Of a stretch of DNA of 52,188 bases, positions 34,550 through 47,100 are shown in pieces. Under the pieces are notes generated by a model. It saw only the letters and a list, made by a program, of their open reading frames with translations. It did not search any database and was not told the origin of the DNA. Made by a program: the position numbers and the translations under genes. Source of the DNA: Catajapyx aquilonaris (taxonomy: Eukaryota); NCBI GenBank assembly GCA_000934665.2, contig JYFJ02002706.1:1-52188 (forward strand), in the 5' to 3' direction. Position 1 is the stretch's first letter; every line of letters begins with the position of its first letter.

Positions 34550-37500
34550 GGCTCAAGGGGGATTCTGCCTCTCTACGGCTGAACTGGAAGTCATGCCCCG
34601 CGTCATGCCAATTGCGGAACAATTTTCCCAACAAAAAAAAACAAAATCCCCGGTCCTTTGTTGCAGGAGAATAAAATAATCAAAAGGTAGCCAACCTGGT
34701 CAAAAAGGCTTCAGGTCGATACCAAGGTTACGGTAGGTCAGTATCCCGCTCGTATATTTTCAACCCAACCCTCACTTAACTTTTTCGAAAACCGTCAACC
34801 CATCATTCCGCACGAGAAGGTGAAGAAAAGAGGGGGGGGGGGTTGGAAATCACGGGTAGAGATTCCCGTGAGGCCATTTGTCGCCTGAAGTGAGCACTGA
34901 TGGATGCAAACGACGTGGAATGCTCGCCGGATGAGGCACAGGTCGTTGGTCTTACTTCATCAGGTTTCACACCTGTTGGCAATGCCAGTTCAGGAGCCCT
35001 AATTAGTAATTTCAAGCGCAGAAAACAGTCCCGTTTGATTAAAGGACATGCTCACTTTAAAATCACTGCTGATTTGTACGTTTGTTGAATTTTTCCACCA
35101 AGTGACAACAACTGTTGCCATTGAAATAGCAGTAGCTTCCTTAGTATTCCAATGAATTCCTCACATAATAGATTTTTGAATAAATTTATTCGATTAATCT
35201 GAAATTTTTGCCTACTACAAAGTGACGAGGCGAGGGTGGATTTAAAAAAAGCATTGCTTTAAAATAACATTTTTTAAAAAACAATTTTGCTTCCATTTTC
35301 AACAGCTTGGTATAGGCAAGTGCGATTCCCTGCAATCTGGGAATTTATATCGTTCCTTTATCTCGTGTTCAATAGGACAGTAGTGCTTCATCATGACGTC
35401 TTGAGACCTCCCTCGCACTGTGAATTTACGATTCTTCTGGTCTTTGTATCAAATCCCTCGTCTGGATTCAATTTAGTGACGTAATTTAATACCTAGTGCT
35501 GGCCTGTATCAAACGTCAGGTCGCCTGACAGAGAACCATATTGCAGCTGGGTTGGTGATGAAAATTGATACTTGCATGCTGAAAATCACCTCTGGAGTTA
35601 TAGTCTCTGCTAGACTCTGAAATTCCCTCAAGTTGATGTCTTAAACTTTTTGTTGCCTTTTTTTTGCATGTCTCAGTACTTGCAGATTGCTGTTCCTTAC
35701 ACAGAATAATAGTGTTAAAACATGCGGCACTGTGCTGTTAGTTACTGTATCCTGCTGGGTGTTTCATGAACATGAACGCGATAATTTTTGCAGCAATAAA
35801 GCTTAACTGTCCTTGTCGGCAGGGACGTTTGAATGATGATTCTGCAGAGTACTTTTATTTCAGGGTAATTTTCCACTGCAGGACAATGTGCCACCCTGTA
35901 CTGTACAGTACATCAAATTAGGATAATTGAAAGCACTTCTTCATGCAGACATGAGCACTGAGCAGTACGTGATGGCGAAAAGCCTCGTTTCATTTTTACT
36001 CCATCAGCAAGAAGCAAATGAGGTCCATGCTTCATTTTATAATTTGTTTCACTTTCTTGAATGTTTGCCAAGGATAAACCCAGCGCGCAACGTTATTCTG
36101 CGCAAGATGGAAATGCGAGATAGGCCGCATTATCAAGGTAATTATGTTGACATCCTTTCCAAAGTGTATTGCGGCCGGCAAGATTTGAACGTGCTCGAAA
36201 TTGCAAGTGCGACATCAAATAACGGCGAGGAGCTGGCGCTAATCTATCTTGTTTAAAACTGACAAGTGAACCGTGTGCAATAGAGCATTACCAAAAAATG
36301 TATATTGGGCCAGGTTAAAGCAGATAACTCGTCTGACAAATATTGCAGGGTTATCAACCTCTCGTGATATGAAAGCTTTAACGTGAAGGGTCACATCTGC
36401 CTGAGAAGAAGTTTAGGGGGCAAAAAAAATGCATGTCCTTCCAGAGGCTTGACTGGTGTTAGCCGCGCTCATTTGGAAAATGGGGAGGTCGGAGGGCAGA
36501 TGGAGAAATCCTGCTGAATAGTGCCTAGGATTGTAATTTGTGCGCGATAGCTCCTTCGGTCCAGGCGGTTCCCAATTGGCTCTTCCTCGTCATTATGCAG
36601 ATGCGCCCGCCCTTTACTCATCAATTGTCTTTGCAGACTTGTCAGCTGCACGCCGGATTATATTGCCCGAGTCGCCATTTTCCCACCCGAGTGAAAGGGG
36701 GGGGGGGGATTCTGTTCCATGGCTTTTCCACCATCACGGCCTCCCAGTTATACAGTTACGTACTATTGGTGCCCGGATTTTGGGAGATGGGCCCTCAAAC
36801 GGCTCTCTCATGTCCTACTGAATGTGTGGATTTAAAGGGAAAAGTTATTATTACCTATTCTCCACGGCTAGGTAAATGAGGCTGGTTGTTAGAGAACTAA
36901 GCACATTTTGCGACTTTGTTGCCATTCTGAAAACATGACGGGGAAAGTAAGCAAACATATTGTCCGTTTTCCATAATTTGATTTATAAGCTCGCTCAGAA
37001 AACGCTGTTAAACTTCAAATAAGCAGAATTTTGATGCTTATTATGTCGTGGCCTCTCGGTAAAAAATAACGTTAGATATAACATGCGGAACTTGTGATGT
37101 ATGATCACTATGCGATTAAGTATTACCCATCATGTGTCGTATACTCTGAACACTCTGCATTGTTATAATACTGTACATTGTGACTACATAATGGGCGCAA
37201 ATAGGAGTAAATTGCTTTTGTTGTTATTGTTGCTGTTGCTTACAAAAAAACAGCCAGTTTTTGTTGCGGCTAAACATAGTTCATTAATAACGTATTGCTA
37301 GATCACACCCAGCATAATGCTGTATTGTATTGGCTTTTAAATTAGCGTCGAATTTTATTGGTTAATCTGAAAAGGCCCGCCTCTCTGAAACAGTGACGCT
37401 TTTGGGGTAACCTTTTCCATGCCACCGCATTTGGCTAATTCACCGAGGACCTGAAGATTGGATTGGGAGGTCCTGTGTTCCCCGCCAATTCCGTCTCTCC

Positions 37501-38759
37501 AATTTCGAATGAGGCCTGATCGTCCCACTGAATTGAATACATGCGGGGGCACTAACGAACCTATATACACTGATGGACGATTGGGAATGTTTTGAAATCG
37601 ATTTTATGTAAGTAACAAAGCTTCCATATGCAAGAACAATTACGCGGGGTACACCGAACTGAAAGCAGCTTATTTTTGCAGCACGAACGCTAATTACTGT
37701 AAAATGATATAACTTTTCCGCACAGCCCCCAGTGCTGTTTCGCAAACGAGAATGCAATTTAGAGCACTTGTCCCTCCGGCTTTTACACATCACAATTACG
37801 TTAGGTTTTCGTGTTCCAAATATTCCCAATTATAAAATCATAGCGATATCTAATGATTCCACCATACATTTTGCATATATTAGTGCTCTGAACATGTGCC
37901 GTTCATTAGCCACCGGGTTAAAATCTATGAAAATCACTGCATTGCGACAGCCATTGGTTTTAAAAAAAGCTTCAGGATGTCACGTCGTTAAGGTGGTATA
38001 GGATAGGTGCTGTAACCAACTCTGCGGTCGACAACCGCGTGCAGATTAAGGGAGAACCTCTGCCCTATAGCCCTGTACTGTGATGTTAGAAACTGCATTC
38101 ATTATGCCTGGCACGAGTCATTCATTTCAACCTACTTGTTAAGCAAGCATGCTGGCTTTTTTTTTTACTGATATGCTGCAGTATGTTCCCAGTTTCAGTT
38201 TAAATTTCTCACCTGAGTTACTTTTCAACATTTTTGCTCTTACTGGACTAGTAGTTGGAACTCACAGCTGCATAAACATGTTATGTGTGGTGCAGAGATT
38301 TGTTTTGAAACCAGAAGTTTTTGCATATGCTTTGTCGGAACAATGTTGGGAAAATTTTTACTCATTAGTTTTTTAAAAGGCTCGAAATAGACATGCAATC
38401 AACAGAGCGTTTTGTATGCGCCCACATGAATTCAATATGAGCTTATTTTGAGCAGTAAAAGGGCTGGCATTCTGTGTACATTTAAAGGCCTCCTGCACAC
38501 CACAGGCCTCCCAATATACGAAAGGCCTACGGCACATATACACAGGTCTTCCCGCCTACTGCAAATATCCGGGCCTTTGAGTCCAAGGCAAGCAGCCGTC
38601 TCCTTGAGAGTGGAATGAAACCCTGGGGAAATTAATTTTCTTTTCTATTGATCAAATCTCCTTTTTGGAAAAGAAAGTGGGAACCAAAATCTGCTATAAA
38701 AATTGGAGAAGCAGTATTTTCGGCTGGTGCTTACTGGAGAAATAGAAGGGAAAGAAAGA

Positions 38760-38784
38760 GAAGAAGAAGAAGAAGAAGAAGAAG
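38760..38784. repeat. (GAA)n microsatellite
   Basis: About 8 consecutive GAA units in a purine tract. Confidence 0.9.
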
Positions 38785-41700
38785 GAAAAAAATGTTGTGA
38801 GCTGTCTATGGGGGGCTAACTTGCTCGGATGCTTTATGAAGCAACCGAAAATATCTTTTTCCTGATCCTATATCCCAGCTGATGCCTCAATCCATCATTG
38901 TGATGCTGCTATCCTGCCATGAGGAAGCTACATTCTGCCCCCTTTAAAAATATGCGCTAATATTAGCGGATATATATAGATGGGTTTGAAATTTTTTGGT
39001 ATACAGTATTACACGCACAGCGGGTTAATCTTCTTTGTGGTAAGTGCTATCCCGAAGATAATATCCCGGGCCTACAGTATATAGGTTTAATTATTATGGC
39101 GGTGCTTAAAACCAACTTTTGCAGTGCAGGGCCCACGGTAAACCGCACTCCGGACATGAGACGTAATCTAATTGAAACGTAGCATGGAAGGTAGTTTATC
39201 GTTCCCTATTGGACGAAATTGTGTGAAAATTAAGTTTTGCGAAGTTATTTTATTGGGGTAACTGATGGCACACTTCTCGTTATTAGACTTGAAATGACGT
39301 ACTGTACTTTGCGTATAGTGCACAATCATGCGGAGTAATAAATTATGCAATGACTCGGTGAATTTTGTATTATGCTCGTAACGAAGGAAGAAATTTCCTG
39401 GAACTGCCGGAGAAAATTACGCCTTCTGCATGATGACTGGATTTTGAGAATGAACTGGCGTCATTTGACGTTCCCATGGCGAGATAAAATATGGATAACT
39501 GACCAAAGTTGCAAATGAGCCTTTTACTTCAGTCCGAAAGTTTTGCTCATGAATCACGTGTTTTATGAATCAGGAAGCCAATGCCGGATGGTAATTGTTG
39601 GAAAAAAATGGTATAATAACTTTATAAAAGATTCCATATAGCTTCAAAATGCCCCACTTCACATAAGACGATAGTACATCAGTCCCCCCCTGGAGGCTGC
39701 GTCATGCGGAAAGTTGGCGAATTACAAAGAAGTTAATCAAGAGTTTCCTCAGATTATTCCGCTAGGCGCTGCTTCTGATGGAGGATGAGGAAAGGAAAAT
39801 CAGCGTCTCTTCCAGCAGTAACCGCAATATAACGATAACTAAGCTAACCCAAAGGGATGGTTTAATCCGCGTCTAATTTTCTCTTTGCTGTCAAGGCTTC
39901 TGGTGGGATGGGGAGGATACTACTTTTTTATGTGGTTACATGACGCGTCAGGAATCGGTAAGGAGCAAAGTTCATTATTTACCAATGCATCCTAAGGCAT
40001 TCCATATGAAGGAAGGTGATGGAAACGAGTACGGCATTTCCAGATCACCATACCTCCTCGTCTCTTCCTAGGATCTTACATTAAGAACGTGACCTGCAAC
40101 TGGATGGCATGTTACTTGCTATAGCCATTCCTTCTTCCGTTTTGGGGGGCTAGAGCTTCCATGGTCCTATATTCCGTTTTGGGAGCCTCTGGAGCTGGTA
40201 GTTTCAATCCGTGCAAACCAACACTGCAACCGCTTTGCAGGACCACAGCAATCTATATCTCAAAGGAGCTTTTGCTTGTACTGATCTTTTACCGTTTCCA
40301 GTTGTGGTTGTGGCCCTTTATGCCAGCTGCATGGCTCGCTTTGTAAACTACGACCGAGCTATGGGGGTAGGTTTAATCCGGTGGAGTGGACCGCACTGAG
40401 CGCCTCTCTTTTCTCTCAGCTATATAGTCGGCCAGCCCTTTTCCGATGCTGCACATATTCCGAGGACGCGTCTGTAATATGCATTTTCTGTCACGTAAAG
40501 GCACGCGGATGGTTAGGCATGTAGCATGCAGATGCGACTGAAGGTTCGGATGATGGACCCTGCATAAATGTGTGAGGAAGCGAGCCTTTTGAGGGATATA
40601 TCACTATAGGTAATGACTTAAAAATTACAACTGTAAACAATTTGTGGCAGTGAACCATTTGGCTGGCGTCATTTTTTTGTTGTTGAGGGCACGACTGTGT
40701 GTCATACTCAGCGTGCAAAATAATTGTGTCCAGATATAGCAGAAGTGGAGGCAGCCAGTTTTCCTGTACATGACCAGTACAACACGCAGCTTGCATGTAA
40801 CCTGACAGCAGTTGGTTGAAAATCGGTTCCGCTGTCATCCTGATGCTTGACTCTTCCGGGGAATTATTCGATCGAATATGGTTACGTCATCGTGGATGAC
40901 GCCATGCATTCTAGCACAGTATTAGTACGTGACTTTGCCGAGGTTATAAGGAAGTGACGAGTCGAGTTCTTGTCGCGTTTCTTGATGAACACCCGTGCAT
41001 ATCCGTGGGGGGCTTGCGCTCTAGGCTTTAATGGAAGGAAAACCTAATATCCATAGTTAGGAAATTACAAGAGAAGCATTATATCAAAGAGAAGGAGGAA
41101 AACCTAGCTGCCAAATTCAATAATCCGGAATTAAATTACACTTTGTGGGGGGAGACTCCTTCTTCTATATACGTTTTAATGAAAAGTGATGTTGATGAGC
41201 GGAGTGAGGCATTCACGGCTTCCTTTGATTAATTTAGTGTGAGATTGGACAAGGTGTAGAAGCACTGCTAAGGGTAAAGGTTTGTTTTCGTCACTGCTTG
41301 AACAAGCCAACATCCTCTGAGAGAACTGGAGAGATGATTCTACACCCTGCTTTGACATGCACTCGTGTGCTTTTGCCACTTGATGAAGCACAGTTTCACC
41401 GCATGAAAATTATAACCTCCCACTGGAAGTTCAGAAACACTAGTAGGCGTATTAATATTGCGTGAGGGCTGCGGATGGATAAGATGGCTGCAATTAATAA
41501 TTTCCTTTGTAGTGCTCACATGGTGCAAAAGGGGAGTTTAGTCGTGCTTTCCAGGAACACATCCCAGCGTCCGACTGTGCAGGTTGAAGATCAATACTCC
41601 GGTGCCACGAGAAGGCAGGCTCTGGGTTGGTCCAAAATAGCTAGCAGGCCTCCAAACTTGCCGGCAGAAACCGAATGAAAATTCGCGATTTCCTCCCCCG

Positions 41701-43704
41701 CACCCATCCCTCTCTTATCATCATAAGAGAAAAAAGAGGTGGGATAGACTGAAAGCTGAACTCTCATTAGTAGGCCCGAAGCTCTTTTTGCCTCTATGTA
41801 TAGTTATGTGACGAAGCGCGCGGTGCAATCTCTTTTCCAAGTTTGCACATAACTCACTTCTCCTCCAGGGCAAGGCGGTTTGCAAATGAGCCTTTAATGT
41901 CTCAACACATTTATGTCATCTGGTTTTCGACTCTCTCGGAGGTCCCAAAGAACGCGCCAGCCGTCTCCGTGAGCTGCATTGAAGAGACTTTCGCATTAAC
42001 ATTCATCTGCCATTTCCCGCATTTGCTGTCTGAGAAAAGAAGGTCAAAACTGGTGGAGACCTTGCCGCGCCAACTCTGTCTGCGTTGACAAATTCGCAAT
42101 GTGCCCTTGTATAGTACAGGGTGAGGTAAACCGCAAATCGACTGATGCGCCTGGTTGTTATACCTCCACACACTCGTGCATCTCCGGTTGCAGAACTTTC
42201 AGGATAATTTTGGCCAGATAGACACTGTACGTGCTTTCAATAGGTTTGTAGACATATGACTTGCACATGACTTCATGTGCTGTCCCCTGAGCATCCGAGA
42301 GCCCATGGACAATCGAGTAATGCAAAGTTAATTCAGCCTTAATGGACACCTTGTATGGTAAATTATACCCAGCTAGCTACACTGCGAATTTCAGGTGCAG
42401 TTTTGCTGATCACAAAGAGCATGCAAAAGGGGCCCGGCTCCTTTGTGGGGCGCCTAATGTGTACCGCGGTTATAAGCGCATAAGCAGTCATAGCGACGTA
42501 TAACGACCGGATGTACTTTCCTCTTATTGGCACATGCGTAACGGCCAGATATTCCTATACACAGGGTTAATTCCTCCAGTGCAAGCCATTTTGTTTGGTC
42601 CTCTCCAGTAACCTCATTTGCAATCATTTGAGCGGGTCAGATAGATTAGCGAGCTGGTAGACTCTGCGAAAACGACCGCTAAATATCCTGTTTATCTCTA
42701 ACGGGTATTGTGGGGGGTGAGATAGATCCTAATTTAGGGCCCTCCGATGGCCTTGCCGCTAATTAATCCTTGCCCAGCAGCCGGCAGTCGAGGTGCTGCT
42801 ATCGAGAGTCCGCGGTCGCTCAAGGTTTGTATAACACACTATATGCGCCAGAGAGGTGTAGCCCTATACCCGCCAGAAAGTGTCTAGAGACTGTAATAGT
42901 ACTCAACAGATGCCCGACGTGTGCATAAATTAACGCCCTGTGGACAGTTTGTACTGCAAGGATGAGCACAGGTGCGGTTTCACTATATATAGATAGGACC
43001 CACTAAAAATTGCTGTGCCTGAGAGTGTACATTTCAAAACTCTTATTCCTCTCAAGCGGATTAAGGCAATACCGATACCGCGATACGTTATTGTCTGCGA
43101 TTCACTGCCAAACTTGGGAAGTTTAAATTGGCTTTTCCAAATCGGAATTGTGCCTTGGAGGGGAGTTTACATTTCTCATCAATATGCAGTGCATTCCTTT
43201 TAATAAACTGCTCCAGAAGCAGCCGTCGCACCATTTTGATTACTGTGATGGTAGTCAGGCCTGGTTTAATTAAGTCTGGATTAGCAAAATCAAGTCCCCC
43301 CCTCTTTTTTTCCCCCTGCCTCTACTCTTGTCTATTTCCTTGCGGTGGCGTACTTACAGTCGTGATGCTGTTTCTCGAGATTCTTGAGGCTCTGCGGAAT
43401 CGCGGGGAGAAAGTCGAACTACTCTAAGTTCATTCCCAAGTAGGGATAAAGAAGGAGGGGGATTGTAAGCGGGTGAGATTGCCTTTTCTTACAAGCAGGA
43501 ATTGGAAATTAGACCGGGAGTTGCACAAGGCAATCATTCGCATACATCACGGGGAGGAAAGAGTTCAGCAGTGCTTGATTTAATCTGCATCACTCAGAAT
43601 TTGTACCAGTAGCAAGCCCATGACTTATTAATATTGGGTGTCAATTTGGCTCCGAAATGTCTTCAAACGGTGCAATCCCCTGCTGGGTGGTTAGTCGATC
43701 GCAT

Positions 43705-43790
43705 ATTCCACCTGAGACGAAGCCGGAGACGACGAAACTCCACATGAGGTTAGCTTGGGATCGAACCCAGCACCTTTCTAACTCCGTAAT
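43705..43790 (-). mobile_element. Degenerate tRNA-derived SINE-like remnant
   Basis: acgaaactccacatgag..cttgggatcgaacccagcacc; the reverse complement has a canonical B-box GGTTCGATCCC. Shares motif order with 2080-2200. Confidence 0.4.
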
Positions 43791-44101
43791 AATAGAAGTC
43801 GAAAGTTGCATCTTCGTCATCCCGCCAACCCCTCACTTCCGATGGAGTTTGTTGCTAGAATTTTCTCAAGTGATTGGCAGCTTGCAATATGGTTAAGTCC
43901 AGGGCAGGCGCCTGGGTTAAAAAGTTATCGGGCCATAATCGAGTCTCCATCAGGCTCATTTATTATGCAGGGGGTGGGAAAATATTATAAAAGTCTGTCA
44001 GCAAGGGAGTTTTCCCTCCCCATCTAATAATATTACTTCCAAGGAAAGCTACTTTTGGTTCAAAAGAGTGCGCGTAGCTTACGATTAGAAGATAATGCTG
44101 G

Positions 44102-44102
<1 letters not shown>

Positions 44103-44173
<71 letters not shown>
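44103..44173. repeat. (ATT)n microsatellite, ~23 units
   Basis: Directly visible perfect run; it explains the poly-Ile ORFs on both strands. Confidence 0.97.
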
Positions 44174-44174
<1 letters not shown>

Positions 44175-47100
44175 GTGGCGTTACTCATGTTAATGTGTGT
44201 GAGTAGCCTATGTGTTGTTAATTGGCTTTTTTGGGACAAATTTAATTTATTGTAATGGAATAATATACCTGTTTGCCTCGCATTAATGTTTGGACTGTTT
44301 AAGTGTAGTGAATTATTAATATTACATAGAATCATTATCAAAGTACTTAGCAGGCATAATTATGTGAATTGTCTGCATAGTACTTGCAAAAAAACTAACC
44401 CACGTCACATCGGATCTTGCTGCAAACTCCAATAAAATACGTACTATATGCAAATGTTGAAGCTGGAAGTGTAACCCACATTATCCCATTTCTGATCCTT
44501 CTTAACCATAGCAACATCGAATCGGTTTATTTCAAATGATTTTTCCAATATTCGATAAACCGAGGATTTTTTATCTCCTTACCTACAATATATTCCTCTC
44601 TGTCTCTGCACCACACAGGTACTGATAAATACAATGTTGAACTTTTCATTGTACTGTATTTGTAAGGCCTAAGCAATCTTTGTCAGATTAATATGCTATA
44701 TAGGACAACTATTAGAGCTTTGTCTTATAACTTGAGAAATCTTCAATCAAGTGACAAAAAAGTACCTAGAGCAGAGCTTTTCATTCTTGTCTGTTTTCTT
44801 TCAGGTCCTGACTGACTTGTTGATGGCAAAGACGAACTGACGAATCCTGAGTTGGTGAGTACTCTTCTGAAGTTAAATAGGTCGTGAAAGTTTCCCGCTT
44901 TTCTCCAACCTTTTCCACCCGACTGTGTGACGACTAAATATTGACGTTGTGTTGGAAAAGTCCACAAAATAATCACGTCATCATTTCCGGGAAGAAGAAG
45001 AAAAGAAAAAATGGCTCAAACCCCCCCGCAGTGTACATAAGATATGGTTCAGAGACCCGGTGTAAACTATTCATTAATAGCATGATGAAATGGCTGTTAT
45101 AAACCTTTCTCCCCGAGAAACAAATTATGCATGGAAAGGAACGTGTGAGTTTGCACGATATACTATACAGTGCTTTTTTCCCCCGGATGTTTCCCTGGAG
45201 GCTTGTATACCATACGGATTTACAGCTTTCTTAGGCAGAACACTGTTCAAAGGAAATGTCGGCTGGACAAAGCCTCAGGAAAAGAACCGTACGGAATATA
45301 TTATTTTTTATGCCTCTTTCCTGAGTCGTAAGCCACTTCCCGATTATGTCATGGAATAATATACGCAAACGAGTTTTAAGGCGTGAGCAACACGATTATA
45401 ATCCTGATGTGGTGTATGTGCAGCCTGTATACCGTACAGCATCTTGCCTTAATTTGTGAACTTGTACGTGCAGTTAGGGCGGAATTTAATGCTTCGTTTA
45501 CATAATTTGGGAATGATCCTATTAGAAACTTTGGGAGCTCATCTTACAGTGCTGAGGTATAGTATAGGTAAAGAGTGTACACAACGAGTTAGTTATCGTG
45601 CTGTACATTTACTGAAGAAAAGTTTGACGTGTGTGAGAAATATTGACCCGAGCTTTCAGTAACGAAACTGGCTGTTTGCCATGTACACCGCGCGGAAAAT
45701 TCGACTGACGTTCCTGTCCATTTGTCTGGAAAGGATAAAATATAGTTGTGGGAAGCACTGCTGGCTCACGGGTGCAGCCTTGGCGAAAATCACATAAGCG
45801 GCTATTGACTGCTGTATCTGCGATGAGCCTTCAAAATAACCGGAATCTCTCTGCCAACCTTTGAAAGGCAATGTAGCAAAAAAGAAAAAAATACAGGGTA
45901 GTGCAAGTTCCCAGTTTATAAGAAGAGGTTGCTTGAGTGAACAATCCATATATGAACTGGGTACGTGCCATCATGCATCATGCGCACTGCACCAGGCATT
46001 GGCCCATGCAAATGGTAATTTTGCCCAGGTATGAAATGAGTGGGGGATGCCTATTAAGGCATCAGAAACAATATTCTGCGGTGCTTATTATTTTGATTTC
46101 CATATGTGGCTTTGACAGATGGAGAGACGAGAGAAAAACTGGAATCCCTGCTATTGATATTTCATGCACGGTGCATGCAAAAGTTGCTTAGCCGCCGGCT
46201 AGAAAAGTTGCAACAGTAGCCGGCTCTTCAAAGAAGGATCTCGAATGCATTCAACTGCAGTCACGCCCTGTTTCTCCATGTCTGATAAAGAGCTATGAGA
46301 TTATTTTTTTTCGTATTGTATAGCGTTTATTTCTGTAAGGTTCATTTATCAGAATAAACTTCGTGTGCGGTACAAGCGAATAAAGACAAGTTATTTTTGA
46401 AGCACTACTCATAGACGTTACCAAAGTTTCGAAAGTTTCTTCATATACACTGCAGAGCTTATTCGTCTTTTTAACTGCTCTTTGAAGTCGCTTTGCCTAA
46501 CAAGATTACTTGGAGCAAACGGAATACTGTATGCGCAGTTTTTTTTTGTTCATGTAAATTGAGTTGACATTTCTCATAGATCCGAACTCCTGCCAGTGAA
46601 AGAGTCGCTCTAGCGCTGACGAAGTATTGTCTGTACTTAAGGGTTCTCTTTCAATAGTTTTCTGAAATAATGACAGATCGGCTTTGTTTATCAGGCAGGC
46701 ATTGTAAAGGATTCGTTCTATGCAAGTTTTCAGTGTTAAAATCACGTCATTGAGATCTCTGAACTTCAGGAAAGTAACGCAAGTTGGGTTTCAAGTGTTG
46801 ATCAATCCGAGGAGAATATTGTCTCGATTTCTTAGAAAAAGAAGTTTTATATAAAAATCGTTACAGTTCAGTTTATTGAGGCAACTATAGTTTGTACAAA
46901 CATATACAAAACAAACAGCTTTTAATTAATAGACTATATATACCGGTACCTTTATTATCTCTGCATTGCTTTCAGGTTTTGGAGGTACTGCGTAAGTTGG
47001 TGCACTAACCATGCTGGTATTTGCTTCCAGCGAGTATACACATTACGAATTGACTTTGGAGTGCACCGCATTGAAATACTACTGAAACTGTGGGGCATGA

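Noticed and set aside
35927..36256. 109-aa plus-strand ORF
   Set aside because: Non-ATG start, no recognisable motif and no supporting exon chain.
38484..38578. Recurrent AGGCCT-containing units
   Set aside because: Only 3-4 irregular, poorly conserved units; cannot be distinguished from chance or a very decayed minisatellite.
44055..44341. Poly-Ile 'membrane protein' ORFs
   Set aside because: Translation of the (ATT)n microsatellite.
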